This document shows, piece after piece, positions 38,201-47,985 of a stretch of DNA of 64,000 nt. Where the stretch lies: contig CM102285.1 in NCBI GenBank assembly GCA_046563655.1, forward strand, positions 6,014,001-6,078,000, read 5' to 3'. Each line of letters opens with the position of its first letter. Positions within the stretch are counted from its first letter, which is position 1. The notes under the pieces are model-generated. The model did not search any database. It was not told the DNA's origin and worked only from the letters and a program-made list of their open reading frames with translations. This DNA is from Yuukianura sp. NJ FZ-2021. Lineage: Eukaryota. Made by a program: the position numbers and the translations under genes.

Positions 38201-39692
38201 TTTATATGTTCATAATTTATTTCATTTAATGAAATTATGTCAGAATTTAATTTTATTATATTTTTAGGGAAAAGCAATGAGTTTAGCGCTTCCCGTCGGA
38301 GATTTTCGTTGGCTGACTCAGGCTCAAATGGATAAAATTTTGGGAGATATTGACAGATTCATTGCAGAAACGGACAGGGTGAAGGATACTGGATATTTAC
38401 TAGAGGTTGACCTGGAAATTGACCCAGAACTCCATGATCAGCTTAATGATTATCCTCCAGCTCCTACTGCAAGAACTGTTACACTGGATGAGCTCTCTGC
38501 ACACCAGCAGCAACTCATGGAAGACCTCAACTCTGGGCCCGGTTTGTTCAAAGTGAAAAAACTTGTCGCAGATTTGAACAACAAAAAAAGCTACATCCTT
38601 CATCATGCCATTCTCAAGGAATACTTGGCAATGGGAGTTAAAGTCTCCAAAATTCACAGAGGTATCTCCTTCACACAGCACGCTTGGATGAAGGACTTTA
38701 TTGACTACAATACGGAAATGAGAAAAAAGGCCACCAGTGACTTTGCCAAGGACTTTTGGAAGTTGCTGAACAACTCCGCATTCGGGAAGACAATCGAACA
38801 AGTCCGTAATCGTCAGAATGTTCGCATTGTCACAACGGTTGAGAAGGCGCTTTACTACAATAAGAAACCTACAGTCCAGAACGTGATTCCAATAAATGAA
38901 ACGACTTGTGTCTTTATGATGAAGAAACTTCAAGTGACACTCAACAAACCAATTTTCACTGGAGTCACAGTCCTTGACCTTGCCAAGAGCATCATGTATC
39001 GTCATCATAGAGTGGGCATGCAGGCAAAGTATGGAGACAAGTGTCGCTTGATATATACCGATACTGGTAAGTATAAACTACTTTTAGTTTTTGTCAAAAT
39101 TTTTTTCACAAAGTGTAAAAACAATTTTTTCCTTGCAGATTCATTCATTTATCACATTCAAACCGAGGATGTGTACCAGGACATGTTCGAAAACAAGGAA
39201 TTGTACGATATGAGCGAGTATCCAGCCGATCATCCACAATTCGGAAAGTTTCACGACCCTGTCAACAAAAAAGTTCTGGGAAAATTCAAGGATGAGGCTG
39301 CTGGTGCCGTTATCACGCATGTGTACTGTCCAAGACCGAAGATGTATACCATTCGAAGTCTCAAAATCCAGACCGCCAAGTGTGACCTCTCCGGAAGAAC
39401 TATTTATCAGAAGAAGTCGGACGGTTCATGGCTGTTAAAGGATGAGTATACCAAGAAGGCAAAGGGAATTACAAAAACAGCGGTTAACGGTCAGGTCAAG
39501 TATGAAGACTATGAGCGAGTCCTCAAGGAGAATGTGCAGACTATGGTTACCATGCGTGGCTTCAGAAGCGTCGAACACCGAATTTTCACAGAAGTAACCA
39601 TAAAGAAGGCTCTCAACGGATTGGACACGAAGAGATATGCTGTAGATAGTGTTAATACTTTAGCTTTTGGTCATAAAGATATCCCAAAATAA
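35250..39692 (+). CDS. Protein-primed family B DNA polymerase (pPolB) with 3 introns and one frameshift
   Basis: N-terminal C2H2 fingers, an OTU-like segment (NQCFLWAVLA...HFLLI), exonuclease motifs (YADFE, HNLSSYD, FTDS), an EndoVII/HNH-like insert (CCFC..HHTH..AHQFCN) and KGAYPY. After splicing introns 37998-38070, 38193-38267 and 39067-39138 it reads IRGG, DANNLYG, KLLNNSAFGK, YTDTDS, PKMY. Frameshift at about 37824-37832. Confidence 0.95.
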
Positions 39693-39812
39693 TACTTTTA
39701 ATTAAATCTTTACACTATTATATTTTTATATTTTGTGTTATAAGATTATTAATTGTATATTAAACCAGTAAATTTCTGAAATTGAGTTTAGTCGTCATTA
39801 GTTCTTTGAACC

Positions 39813-40722
39813 ATGCAGGTCTCCTCTCGCTGTGGTAAATTATTTTCGCGTTCTGACGTTGCAAAGCGTCACGAGAAGACATGTTTCAAATGTTTCTCCG
39901 TCTCTCCCACCACCGCCGCCGCCACATCCTGGGTGGTTCCAGCCATCGGTGGGGCAGGCCCCACCGTTGGAGGGAGTTCCACCACCGCCGCCGCCCCCGC
40001 CGCCGCCCCCACCGCCGCCGCTCCCGCCTCCGCCCTCCCCAGCCACCGCCGCCACTCTACTTCAGCATCCACGGTCGGGAGACGATATTGACTTGCAACT
40101 TGTGGCACCGTTTACAATGTGTGTGAGCGGAATGACAAACACAGGCAAAAGCACGCTTGTCAAGGAAATTTTGATTCGAAGAAACGAAGTTGTAAAAACT
40201 TCAACTGGAATTGCAAATGTAACTTATTGTTACACAGAGTGGCAGTCTGGGCTATTTGGAGAACTAAAAACAAAAATTCCTGGCATTCAGTTTGTTCATG
40301 GACTGCCAGAGAAATGGCATGATGGTACTGACAGACCGTCAATTATGGTTCTGGATGATTTAATGCATGAAGCAGGGAAGAAGGGAGAGGTTGGAGCAGC
40401 CTTCACGAGAACTTCTCATCACAGAAATGTGTCTCTGATTATTTTGGTTCAAAACTTTTTTCATAAGAATTTGAGAGAAATTACACTCAACTGTCAGTAC
40501 TTGGTTCTCATGAAGAATCCACGAGACTCTGCTTTTGTTTCATGCCTTGGACGACAAATGAATGGAGGAAAAAAGAACGCGACAATGGACTTGGCATACA
40601 AGGAGAGCATGGCAAAGCCCTACGGCTATCTTTTAATTGATCTAACTCAATCACAAAAGGACGACTATCGAATTAGAAGTAGCATTTTTCCCGAAAATTG
40701 TTATGTTTATGTCAATGAATAA
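39813..40722 (+). CDS. A32/FtsK-like genome-packaging ATPase (5' structure uncertain)
   Basis: PFTMCVSGMTNTGKST (Walker A), MVLDDLM (Walker B), FTRTSHHRNVS, QN, KNPRD, PYGYLLID. The ATG at 39813 is in a different frame from the ATPase core. Confidence 0.9.
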
Positions 40723-40790
40723 ATAAAATTCAAAACAAAATTTTGTGTATTTCGAGTTGATTTATTCAAAAAAAATTTTTTAAATGTATT

Positions 40791-40967
40791 TTACAATTCA
40801 GTAACTAAAATAGTTTTAGTATGTTGTTTCTTGGTTGATCCTCGTCTTGCAGTGGTTGAACAGCACATGCAGCTGATCTTGTTTTCGTCACAGACGGAGA
40901 TGGCGGGATCTTCTTTGCCTGCAAACATCTTGGTCAAAAAGTATTCGCAAACTTTAAAAAAGCACAT
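40791..40967 (-). CDS. Small 58-aa Cys-rich ORF
   Basis: MCFFKVCEYFLTKMFAGKEDPAISVCDENKISCMCCSTTARRGSTKKQHTKTILVTEL*; it fills the gap after the integrase and is followed by AATAAA on the minus strand. Confidence 0.45.
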   Translation of the reverse strand: MCFFKVCEYFLTKMFAGKEDPAISVCDENKISCMCCSTTARRGSTKKQHTKTILVTEL

Positions 40968-40991
40968 GTTTACTTGTCTCTCTCTGAATCG

Positions 40992-41993
40992 CTACTGATC
41001 CAATTTCAACAGTTGCTTGTCGTAAAAACTACCCAAAATAGGAGTACCCTCAAGGTCTTCTAACTTGTAAACGTATGGATTAGTTGCTATAACTCTCACA
41101 ATTCGATAAACTTCGTCAATATAGTTTGTCGAGTAGCCCTTTTCAAACGTTTTTTTAATTCTGGCGACAAGGACGAGGTCATTTACGTTGAGTTTAGGCT
41201 TTTTATAGTCCACTGCAACTTCCGGGTACAAGTTGCGCCGTACTTCATCCTCATTCCTTTCAGTAACTTTGCACGGCGCCATTTTAATACTTCGATGATA
41301 TGCATGATTGTACAGATTTTCAAAATCTGTCAATTTATCAACAAACTTTTTGGTTCTGTTATGTGTCAAGTAGCGTTGAATTCTCATGAATAGTGTGCGG
41401 ATGAAACGTTCCACAATCACACATTTTAATGGAGAATGTGTCCAAAATAGTTTGATGTCTTCATGCTTCAGATACGTCTTCATGTGTTGATTAAGAAATT
41501 CAGAACCTTTGTCAACTTGTACTCTCTTTGGCTTTCCACCACAGCGCTCTAAAATTTTTTTAAATGCTGAAAGAACTACTGGTCCTGTCTTGTTTGGAGT
41601 TGCCTCGATCCAGCCTTGTTTTGAAAAAGCGTCAATAACCACCAACAAATACCTAGAAAACAAATTCGAGTTTTTAAAAACCCTAACCTAACCTAACCCA
41701 ACCTAACCTAAGCTAACCTAACCTTACCTTTTTTTGTTATTGGCTCCCGACATGTTTTGAATGTCCTTCAAGTCTGCACAATACTGTTCGTGCATGCCTC
41801 CAACATAAACTCTCCGACGTGGAAACCGATATCGAACTGGACGGTGGAGTTGATAACTTGGAATTTGCTTCAAAATTTTCTTGACGCGGTGTGGAGACGC
41901 CTTAGTGTTTGAATCTTTTTGAAACCCAAATGCTCCAGAAAAACTTCCAGGTAGTAAAGTGTTTAACCATCGTTGTTTCAGATCGGTGTCCAT
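40992..41993 (-). CDS. Retroviral-like (RVE, DDE) integrase, 2 exons
   Basis: Exons 41993-41728 and 41652-40992. PGSFSG N-terminal motif; D (YCADL), D (QVDKGSEF), E (IVERFIRTL); HRSIKMAP, FEKGY, GSFY. No chromodomain is visible. Confidence 0.95.
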
Positions 41994-42058
41994 GGTGGAA
42001 ATGAAATAAAAGGACGCTGCACAGTTCAATTTGTATCATTCAGTCTCTAGCAATCAAA

Positions 42059-42394
42059 ATGGCTGGAAGCAATTTCAACAAGCATTTTAATTTTCTCAAA
42101 AACTTGAATTCTCGCTCTGAAAAGAAACGATCTTTGCATTTAAATAGTGCGAGTCCAGAACAAATTCGAGCTATTTGCGAATGTGCACACAACGTGTACA
42201 ATGGACGTTTAGTGATTCCACCAAAAGCTATAAAACGACTCATTCCTCACAAAGATCACATCAGACGTCTGATAGCACGCAGAGGAAAAGCAGATCACAA
42301 GCGCCGTCTTCTTGTCCAACAGGGTGGATTTCTACCGTTGCTACTTGGCGCAGCAATTCCAGTATTAGGAGAACTTTTAGGCAAACTTTTATAA
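42059..42394 (+). CDS. Polinton virion core/membrane-active precursor (adenovirus pX/pVI-like)
   Basis: Basic 111-aa protein ending QQGG|FLPLLLGAAIPVLGELLGKLL, a putative protease site followed by an amphipathic helix. Confidence 0.7.
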   Translation: MAGSNFNKHFNFLKNLNSRSEKKRSLHLNSASPEQIRAICECAHNVYNGRLVIPPKAIKRLIPHKDHIRRLIARRGKADHKRRLLVQQGGFLPLLLGAAIPVLGELLGKLL

Positions 42395-42396
42395 AC

Positions 42397-43053
42397 ATGC
42401 CTACAAAATACAAAGTTATTAGTGATGAAGACTTTGAGCGCCTAATGACTCAAACTTCTAAACCAACTGAAATCGGAAGACTCGAAAATGAAAAAAATCA
42501 AGTGTTAAACTTTAAAGATTCGGAAGAAATTCAAAACAAATTACTTCAAGATGTGCTACGGCGATTAGCAGAAAAGAAAAAACGTGAAAAGCCAGAAATT
42601 CCTACTAAAAGTATTTCAGAGCCGCCCGTTCCATCAGTGGAAACCTCACCAGAGCCAATTCCTTTAGAGAAGTTTGACTTTGGTGGTCGTACAAGACTTG
42701 GAGTTCATCTTTTGCAGTTTTTTATTGACAATGGAACCACACTAGCCTCAGGAATTGTAAACTTTGACGGTGGATCACTACCAATTTCTACATTTGATTC
42801 AATACTTAAAAAACTGTCAAATGGAAGATGCAAAATTTCAAAGGATGAACTCGAACCAATAAAAAACTTTTTAACCTCAAAAAGATTTCCATTGTCTATC
42901 CTACCCAAAGCACACCTCCATCTCTTTACGGGAGAAGACTCTGACGTGGCTACTCCTGGAAAAAATCGAAAAAGCATGCACAAATCTCGGAAACGAGCTC
43001 GAGTGGATGACAGCTTTCTGGACGAATGGAAGACCCCACCGAATTGGAAATAA
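42397..43053 (+). CDS. Polinton hypothetical protein (218 aa)
   Basis: ATG lies 2 nt after the previous stop; MPTKYKVISDEDFERLM..., basic NLS-like C-terminus ending W..PPNWK. Confidence 0.65.
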   Translation: MPTKYKVISDEDFERLMTQTSKPTEIGRLENEKNQVLNFKDSEEIQNKLLQDVLRRLAEKKKREKPEIPTKSISEPPVPSVETSPEPIPLEKFDFGGRTRLGVHLLQFFIDNGTTLASGIVNFDGGSLPISTFDSILKKLSNGRCKISKDELEPIKNFLTSKRFPLSILPKAHLHLFTGEDSDVATPGKNRKSMHKSRKRARVDDSFLDEWKTPPNWK

Positions 43054-43075
43054 ATTTAAATACAACAACAAAAAT

Positions 43076-43600
43076 TTACAATTTTATACAACATTGATTT
43101 ATTATTTTGTGTTTAAATTTACAATTTGAATTCAATAAAGGATTTTTTAATATTACAAATTTGCGTACTTTTTTATCATTTAATTGTTTATTGGGAGAAA
43201 AGTGACAGTAAGTAGATAGAATACAACAGCCATGCATCATTTTATACAAAAAGTAGATTGCATATTGCCCACAAACATTAGAGTCAAGGGCTTGCAATGG
43301 TCTAGTATTTTCCAAAATTTTACAAGAAAACTTATTTACAAAATTTCTAAAGTCAATAGGGTAAAAATCCAGTCCAAGTCCATAAGAGCAAAAGAAGATG
43401 ATTGGTCCAGTTCTGCCTCCAATGTAGATTGCCACCCAATGTTCTCCAGGATGATCAGAAGGCTTGTTATTTACAACCAAGTAGGCTGGAAAGTGAGCAA
43501 TTGTTAGCTTTCCAAGTAGGTCGCATGGTATTACATTGAAATATGCTCTTGTTCCGCGAGTCATATTTGACAAAAACTTGTAAATTTGTGTGGTGTCCAT
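43076..43600 (-). CDS. Adenain-like (C5) maturation cysteine protease
   Basis: VNNKPSDHPGEHWVAIY, FFCSYG, LQALDSNVCGQYAIYFL; overlaps the MCP stop codon by 1 nt. Confidence 0.92.
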   Translation of the reverse strand: MDTTQIYKFLSNMTRGTRAYFNVIPCDLLGKLTIAHFPAYLVVNNKPSDHPGEHWVAIYIGGRTGPIIFFCSYGLGLDFYPIDFRNFVNKFSCKILENTRPLQALDSNVCGQYAIYFLYKMMHGCCILSTYCHFSPNKQLNDKKVRKFVILKNPLLNSNCKFKHKIINQCCIKL

Positions 43601-44901
43601 TAGTGTGAATAGTCTTTGAAAAACACGTTCTTTCCTTCGTCAATATACAGAGTAGATTGAAAGTCAGCGTGACAGACAACGTTCCAAGCCTCAGTGGTAG
43701 GTTTTGCAAACTGAACGACGATTTTTATACTTCCGTGTCTTGGGGGACAGTAGCCTTGATTCATGTTTCTGAGGTTAAAAATGAAAAACGCCTTTCCATT
43801 TGTAAACTCGGAAAGGCTAATAGCAGGTCCTTCATTGCTAGCACACAGTCCAAGACCGCTAAACATTCCATAGTATGCTTCAGAAACTCGAACATCGCCA
43901 TCACTGTTGTACTGGTAAACCTGATGATAAAGTTGTTCTCCGTTTGCTGTGACGGAAATTTGTCTCAATTCTGGAGGATTAAAGTCAAATGGATTTGTAG
44001 TCAGAGTTCCGTTCATTTTTTCACTTTGAACTAGACAAAGTATAATTCTGTCAGGAAGTAGTCCATTAATCAAGTTTTCATTCACATTTGATACAGTGCC
44101 AAGGGGCAAGCTGTACGTTTTCATCTCGATCCGTCTCATTGGGTAGCATGCCGGCTGACCATTAGCCCACATTTTCAAATGACAATTCAAAATATTCGGT
44201 AACAGAGTATGTTTTTTAACTAAAAGTCTGGCTTCAGTAATATTGATTTTGTAGCGATTTGTATTGTCTGCCTGAGAGTGGAGTGCAAATTCTTCGGTGG
44301 AGCGGTTGAAAGTAACTCTAATGTCGATTCCAGGAAGCAAGTAGCGAGTTTGGGCAAAGATGTCAGCAAACGGTCGTCCAATCATGTCCAAGCCCTTGGC
44401 TGCTAATTCTTGTCTCTTTTTGTGGGAAGTGTCAGTGTCACTCAAATTCTCTTCCTCTCTCAAGTAAAGAGCAGTAACTGCTTGTGTATCCTTGTAGTCT
44501 CCTCCATATGCAAGCACAGTCTCAATATAGGCCCGATACGGATAGAGTGACATGGTTGGAGTAATTTGTGTTTCATTTAGAAACACAGAGCACTGCTGAA
44601 ACAAGGAATGTAAAAAGTTGTTGACTGGAGCGATTCGCATGGTGGCTCTCTCGTCCATTTTATCACTATTTGCTTTTGAAATCTTGCAGCCAACATATAG
44701 CAAAGTTTCACTTAAATCAACATAGTGAACGTCATTTCCTTTGATTTGAAAAGAAATTGGACCTCCATTTTCATTTAATGCTGACAATGGATGGTACTCA
44801 AACATTCCACTACTTTGAAGACTAACGTCCATTTCTGGTTCACTAAATATATCGGTTTCACTTCTAACTACTTCTGGGTGAGGAGCGTGTTTGGAACTCA
44901 T
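43600..44901 (-). CDS. Major capsid protein (double jelly-roll, Polinton PY)
   Basis: 433 aa with SETDIF, YHPL, GPISF, YVDLSETLL, PVNNFLHSLF, YPYRAYIETVL, LLPGID, G.LPDRI and NPFDF, all typical of Polinton MCPs. Confidence 0.92.
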   Translation of the reverse strand: MSSKHAPHPEVVRSETDIFSEPEMDVSLQSSGMFEYHPLSALNENGGPISFQIKGNDVHYVDLSETLLYVGCKISKANSDKMDERATMRIAPVNNFLHSLFQQCSVFLNETQITPTMSLYPYRAYIETVLAYGGDYKDTQAVTALYLREEENLSDTDTSHKKRQELAAKGLDMIGRPFADIFAQTRYLLPGIDIRVTFNRSTEEFALHSQADNTNRYKINITEARLLVKKHTLLPNILNCHLKMWANGQPACYPMRRIEMKTYSLPLGTVSNVNENLINGLLPDRIILCLVQSEKMNGTLTTNPFDFNPPELRQISVTANGEQLYHQVYQYNSDGDVRVSEAYYGMFSGLGLCASNEGPAISLSEFTNGKAFFIFNLRNMNQGYCPPRHGSIKIVVQFAKPTTEAWNVVCHADFQSTLYIDEGKNVFFKDYSH

Positions 44902-45325
44902 TGTTCTTCAAATATATTTCTTGGCCTTTTTTCTTGAGAGCGTTTTTTGGTTTTCGTTTTTGCTTCCTCTTCCTTGAACGTCCAGATCCTGACTGAGTAG
45001 AAAGAATACCGTCTGCAACGCCTTTAAGTACTCCCTTCCAAGCGGTCGAACCGTGTTCAGAAATAGCTTCCTTGATGGATTTTTTTCCACCAATCACGTC
45101 AGAAGCTATACCAGCAACAGCAGTTTTAGCATGAGGCATTAAATATTTTGTCACATATGGCAAAACTTTTCGAAAAATTGAGCCAAAAATTCCACCAATT
45201 CCGTGACCACGCTGACGAAATTGATTGGCTTTGAAGAATACAGCTCCGTCTGATCCAACAGCTCCTCCACGCTGGGGATTATAAATTCTAAAGAAATCGT
45301 CCTCGCTCAAGTTGCATTTGTACAT
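44864..45325 (-). CDS. Polinton core protein (PZ / pVII-like)
   Basis: QRGGA, QRGHGIGGIFGSIFRKVLP, QSGSG and a basic tail RSRKRKQKRKPK. Confidence 0.8.
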   Translation of the reverse strand: MYKCNLSEDDFFRIYNPQRGGAVGSDGAVFFKANQFRQRGHGIGGIFGSIFRKVLPYVTKYLMPHAKTAVAGIASDVIGGKKSIKEAISEHGSTAWKGVLKGVADGILSTQSGSGRSRKRKQKRKPKNALKKKGQEIYLKNNEFQTRSSPRSS

Positions 45326-45390
45326 CTTGACAGTTTGACGTTTGAAAAGTTAATGATTGATAATTTTTGAGAGCGCTGTTTTTATACCCC

Positions 45391-46092
45391 TCAGTATCGC
45401 TTCCGTCGAAAGTGTAGAGTGGCAGAGAAAGTTCCAACCGTGAATAATGGTGGATCGCCAGATTCCGTCATGATGTACATCCAAATATGATCAATATCGT
45501 CAAATACAACGTCCACGTATTGAAGATGTTGAAATGATCGGGTCACGACCTTCTTGTGTTCGCCCGTATTTGAAATTTTTCTCAATAGTGGGGCAAGGTC
45601 ACCGCCGACGCGTTGGTTTTCAATTATACTACAGTAAATGAAAAGTTGTGTGTGTCCACTCGGCTCAAAAACCTCGTACTCAAAGCTCTGTTTTCCCTCA
45701 TCAAATCCGAGAATTCTAGCTGCCTCCTCATTAAGCTTGACAACTGTGTTTGCAGGTTTCTTTTTAAAACTAGCTTTCGAGTTTTTAATTTCAACTTCCA
45801 CAAGATTGTCAGATATACGTTCTGCAAGTTCCTCTGCAGTACGAATCAAGGTAACATCACCAGAGTTTATTGTGCCCAAATCAAAATAAGAATTATCAAC
45901 TTGTCTAAGCCATCCTTCTTTATGTAGCAAATATTCATGATGAACATATGTACACTCCACGAGCGCCACCTCGTATTTAACACCCTCTAATCGAATTGTC
46001 TCTGCAAAATGATTTCTAAAATTTGTAATTGTGTTCTCTGGATAGTGATTTGAAGAAGAATCACTCTGCAGAGTTACGTAAAAGTCTCCCAT
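45391..46092 (-). CDS. Minor capsid (penton) protein (Polinton PX)
   Basis: FYVTLQSDSS..YPENTITNF, YEVALVE, LFIYCSIIE..VGG..APLLR, LQYV, LHFRR. An alternative upstream ATG is at 46116. Confidence 0.9.
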   Translation of the reverse strand: MGDFYVTLQSDSSSNHYPENTITNFRNHFAETIRLEGVKYEVALVECTYVHHEYLLHKEGWLRQVDNSYFDLGTINSGDVTLIRTAEELAERISDNLVEVEIKNSKASFKKKPANTVVKLNEEAARILGFDEGKQSFEYEVFEPSGHTQLFIYCSIIENQRVGGDLAPLLRKISNTGEHKKVVTRSFQHLQYVDVVFDDIDHIWMYIMTESGDPPLFTVGTFSATLHFRRKRY

Positions 46093-46225
46093 GGCTGCTA
46101 GTTTTAGACTAAACATTTAAAATGAAGAACGAGCGTTTAAATACCTTTTTGGTGGAAGTCAAAAATTTATTTTTAGAATTCTTAAAACTAACAATTTTTA
46201 CAAAACAGAAATGTTAAAAAATTGT

Positions 46226-46642
46226 TTAAAATTTAGTGTCTTCGGCGATCCAGTATTTTCCCTCGACTTCGTCAGAGTCTTCTTCAGGAATTGTGTTCAA
46301 GCGGGGCTTGAGAGATTTACGGTTCCAGACAGCTTTGCTCATCGCTTCAGCTACAATGTCCATTTTCGGTTTCTTTGCTTGTTGACCCTTATCAGCGTAG
46401 CGCTCCTTACATTCCAACAGCAATAGTTCAAAGTTGGGTAGCTCGCTTATTGGATTTCCCGTCGAAAGAAAGAAGAGAATCAGCTTTGAAACCAGAAATG
46501 GAATTTCCTTCATTTCGATTGTAGTGTAGTAGCGATCCTTCTTGATAAAGACTTTGTATTCTCCATCTTCCACCTTCCACCAGCATTTGACACGATCTTC
46601 AAGAGTCTTGCTCACGAATCCTGCAGCGTATGCTTCAACCAT
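46226..46642 (-). CDS. Hypothetical accessory protein with one copy of a repeat domain
   Basis: ATG at 46642, with TATA-like and TCAGT motifs upstream; shares a motif with 47134-47985. Confidence 0.6.
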   Translation of the reverse strand: MVEAYAAGFVSKTLEDRVKCWWKVEDGEYKVFIKKDRYYTTIEMKEIPFLVSKLILFFLSTGNPISELPNFELLLLECKERYADKGQQAKKPKMDIVAEAMSKAVWNRKSLKPRLNTIPEEDSDEVEGKYWIAEDTKF

Positions 46643-46760
46643 TGTAGTACTTGAGGAGTAGTTTTTGAGGAGAAGTTTCAACTGAAGCTGAAATGAGACT
46701 GATGGTTTGTTGAGCAGACGAGCAGCCTTTTTATCCCAAATTTTCAGGTAGAAGTTTGAC

Positions 46761-46950
46761 CCTTTTTTCTATTTTTAGCAATTCCAACAACTTAAATTTC
46801 TTGGAAAAAGAATTAAACGAACAACTCGAAACGTTTTTCAACAGAAACGATCCTTTTTTCTATATTTAGCAATTCCAACAACTTAAATTTCTTGGAAAAA
46901 GAATTAAACGAACAACTCGAAACGTTTTTCAGTAGAAACGACCCTTTTCC
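46761..46950. repeat. Tandem duplication, about 91 bp x 2, in a Polinton intergenic region
   Basis: CCTTTTTTCTAT.TTTAGCAATTCCAACAACTTAAATTTCTTGGAAAAAGAATTAAACGAACAACTCGAAACG at 46761 and 46852. Confidence 0.85.
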
Positions 46951-47133
46951 TAATTCTAGGAAAAAGAAACGTTTTTTCGACTTTGTCTAAAAATAGAAAG
47001 GACTAAAAGTTCAACGACTCTAAAACGACATTCTCAAAGTAAAATAACCCAAACAACAAAAATTCGAAAATGTACAAGTTTGAATTTATTCAAATACAAA
47101 AACTGTTACTACTACTAAAGTAGATTATACAAT

Positions 47134-47985
47134 TTAACAAAAAATGTCAAAAGCTGAAATTTGCTTAACACCATAAAAAATAATGTTGAGAACTGTATCA
47201 TCAGAGTATGACGATTGACGATACATGTTAAGATGGACCAGTCTAAAGTGCTCGTTAAAGTCATGCTTTGGAGTACGTCTTTGGTTGTTAATTTGAATTT
47301 GTTGATGTTTGGTAACGTCCAGAACATGCTTCGAGTAGGCTGGATTTAAAATAAAAGACTCTGGCGATAAATAGCAGGAAAATCGGTGAAACACGTTTGG
47401 TTTTTTGTATGGATGAACTTTCTTGTTCGTCTTAAAACCGGCAGCCTTGCCAATTGTTTCTTTAATTCTGTTGATACGAGTGCTGAGAATTTTATCGCGT
47501 TGCTTTCTCATGTATTCACGTTTTGTCTCATGAATGAGCTCATCCAGATACTTTTCTGTATATGAGGTCGGAAAGCAGCCACACTTTAGAAGTGATTCCA
47601 CCAGAAGAGGAATGTCCATGATTTCGATGGGAAGTGGACGACCGCTACGTATGAGAAACACTCGATTCACATTGCCTGTGATGCAGTGGATAGGAAGAAG
47701 CGGCCGCTCCAGCTTTTCTTTGAGTGTTTGAAACTCTGCGGGTGACTGCTGACGAAATAACTTTAGGAATCCATTCTTGCGGTTAGTTGCCATGATTGTT
47801 TCAAAGTGTGGTAAATCCTTCATCATTTCCCCTGCGGCTATGTATGCTTTCACTAGCTTTTCCACCACGGTTGGCAGTTCCTCTGCTGTCAGAAGAATCG
47901 AATGTCCAGAAATCTTGACTGCGATGACATCTTCCATGTCAATAAACGGTTCCGAAACCTCCATGTATGACCTGAATCCACGCAT
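47134..47985 (-). CDS. Hypothetical accessory protein with two copies of the repeat domain
   Basis: 283-aa ORF starting at ATG, with TCAGT upstream and AATAAA downstream. Confidence 0.65.
   Translation of the reverse strand: MRGFRSYMEVSEPFIDMEDVIAVKISGHSILLTAEELPTVVEKLVKAYIAAGEMMKDLPHFETIMATNRKNGFLKLFRQQSPAEFQTLKEKLERPLLPIHCITGNVNRVFLIRSGRPLPIEIMDIPLLVESLLKCGCFPTSYTEKYLDELIHETKREYMRKQRDKILSTRINRIKETIGKAAGFKTNKKVHPYKKPNVFHRFSCYLSPESFILNPAYSKHVLDVTKHQQIQINNQRRTPKHDFNEHFRLVHLNMYRQSSYSDDTVLNIIFYGVKQISAFDIFC

Noticed and set aside
38400..39008. 202-aa minus-strand ORF, and similar antisense ORFs over the MCP, penton and protease genes
   Set aside because: Shadow frames of well-supported coding genes.
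39840..40055. Gly-rich minus-strand protein
   Set aside because: Antisense reading of the CCG/CCA tract upstream of the ATPase.
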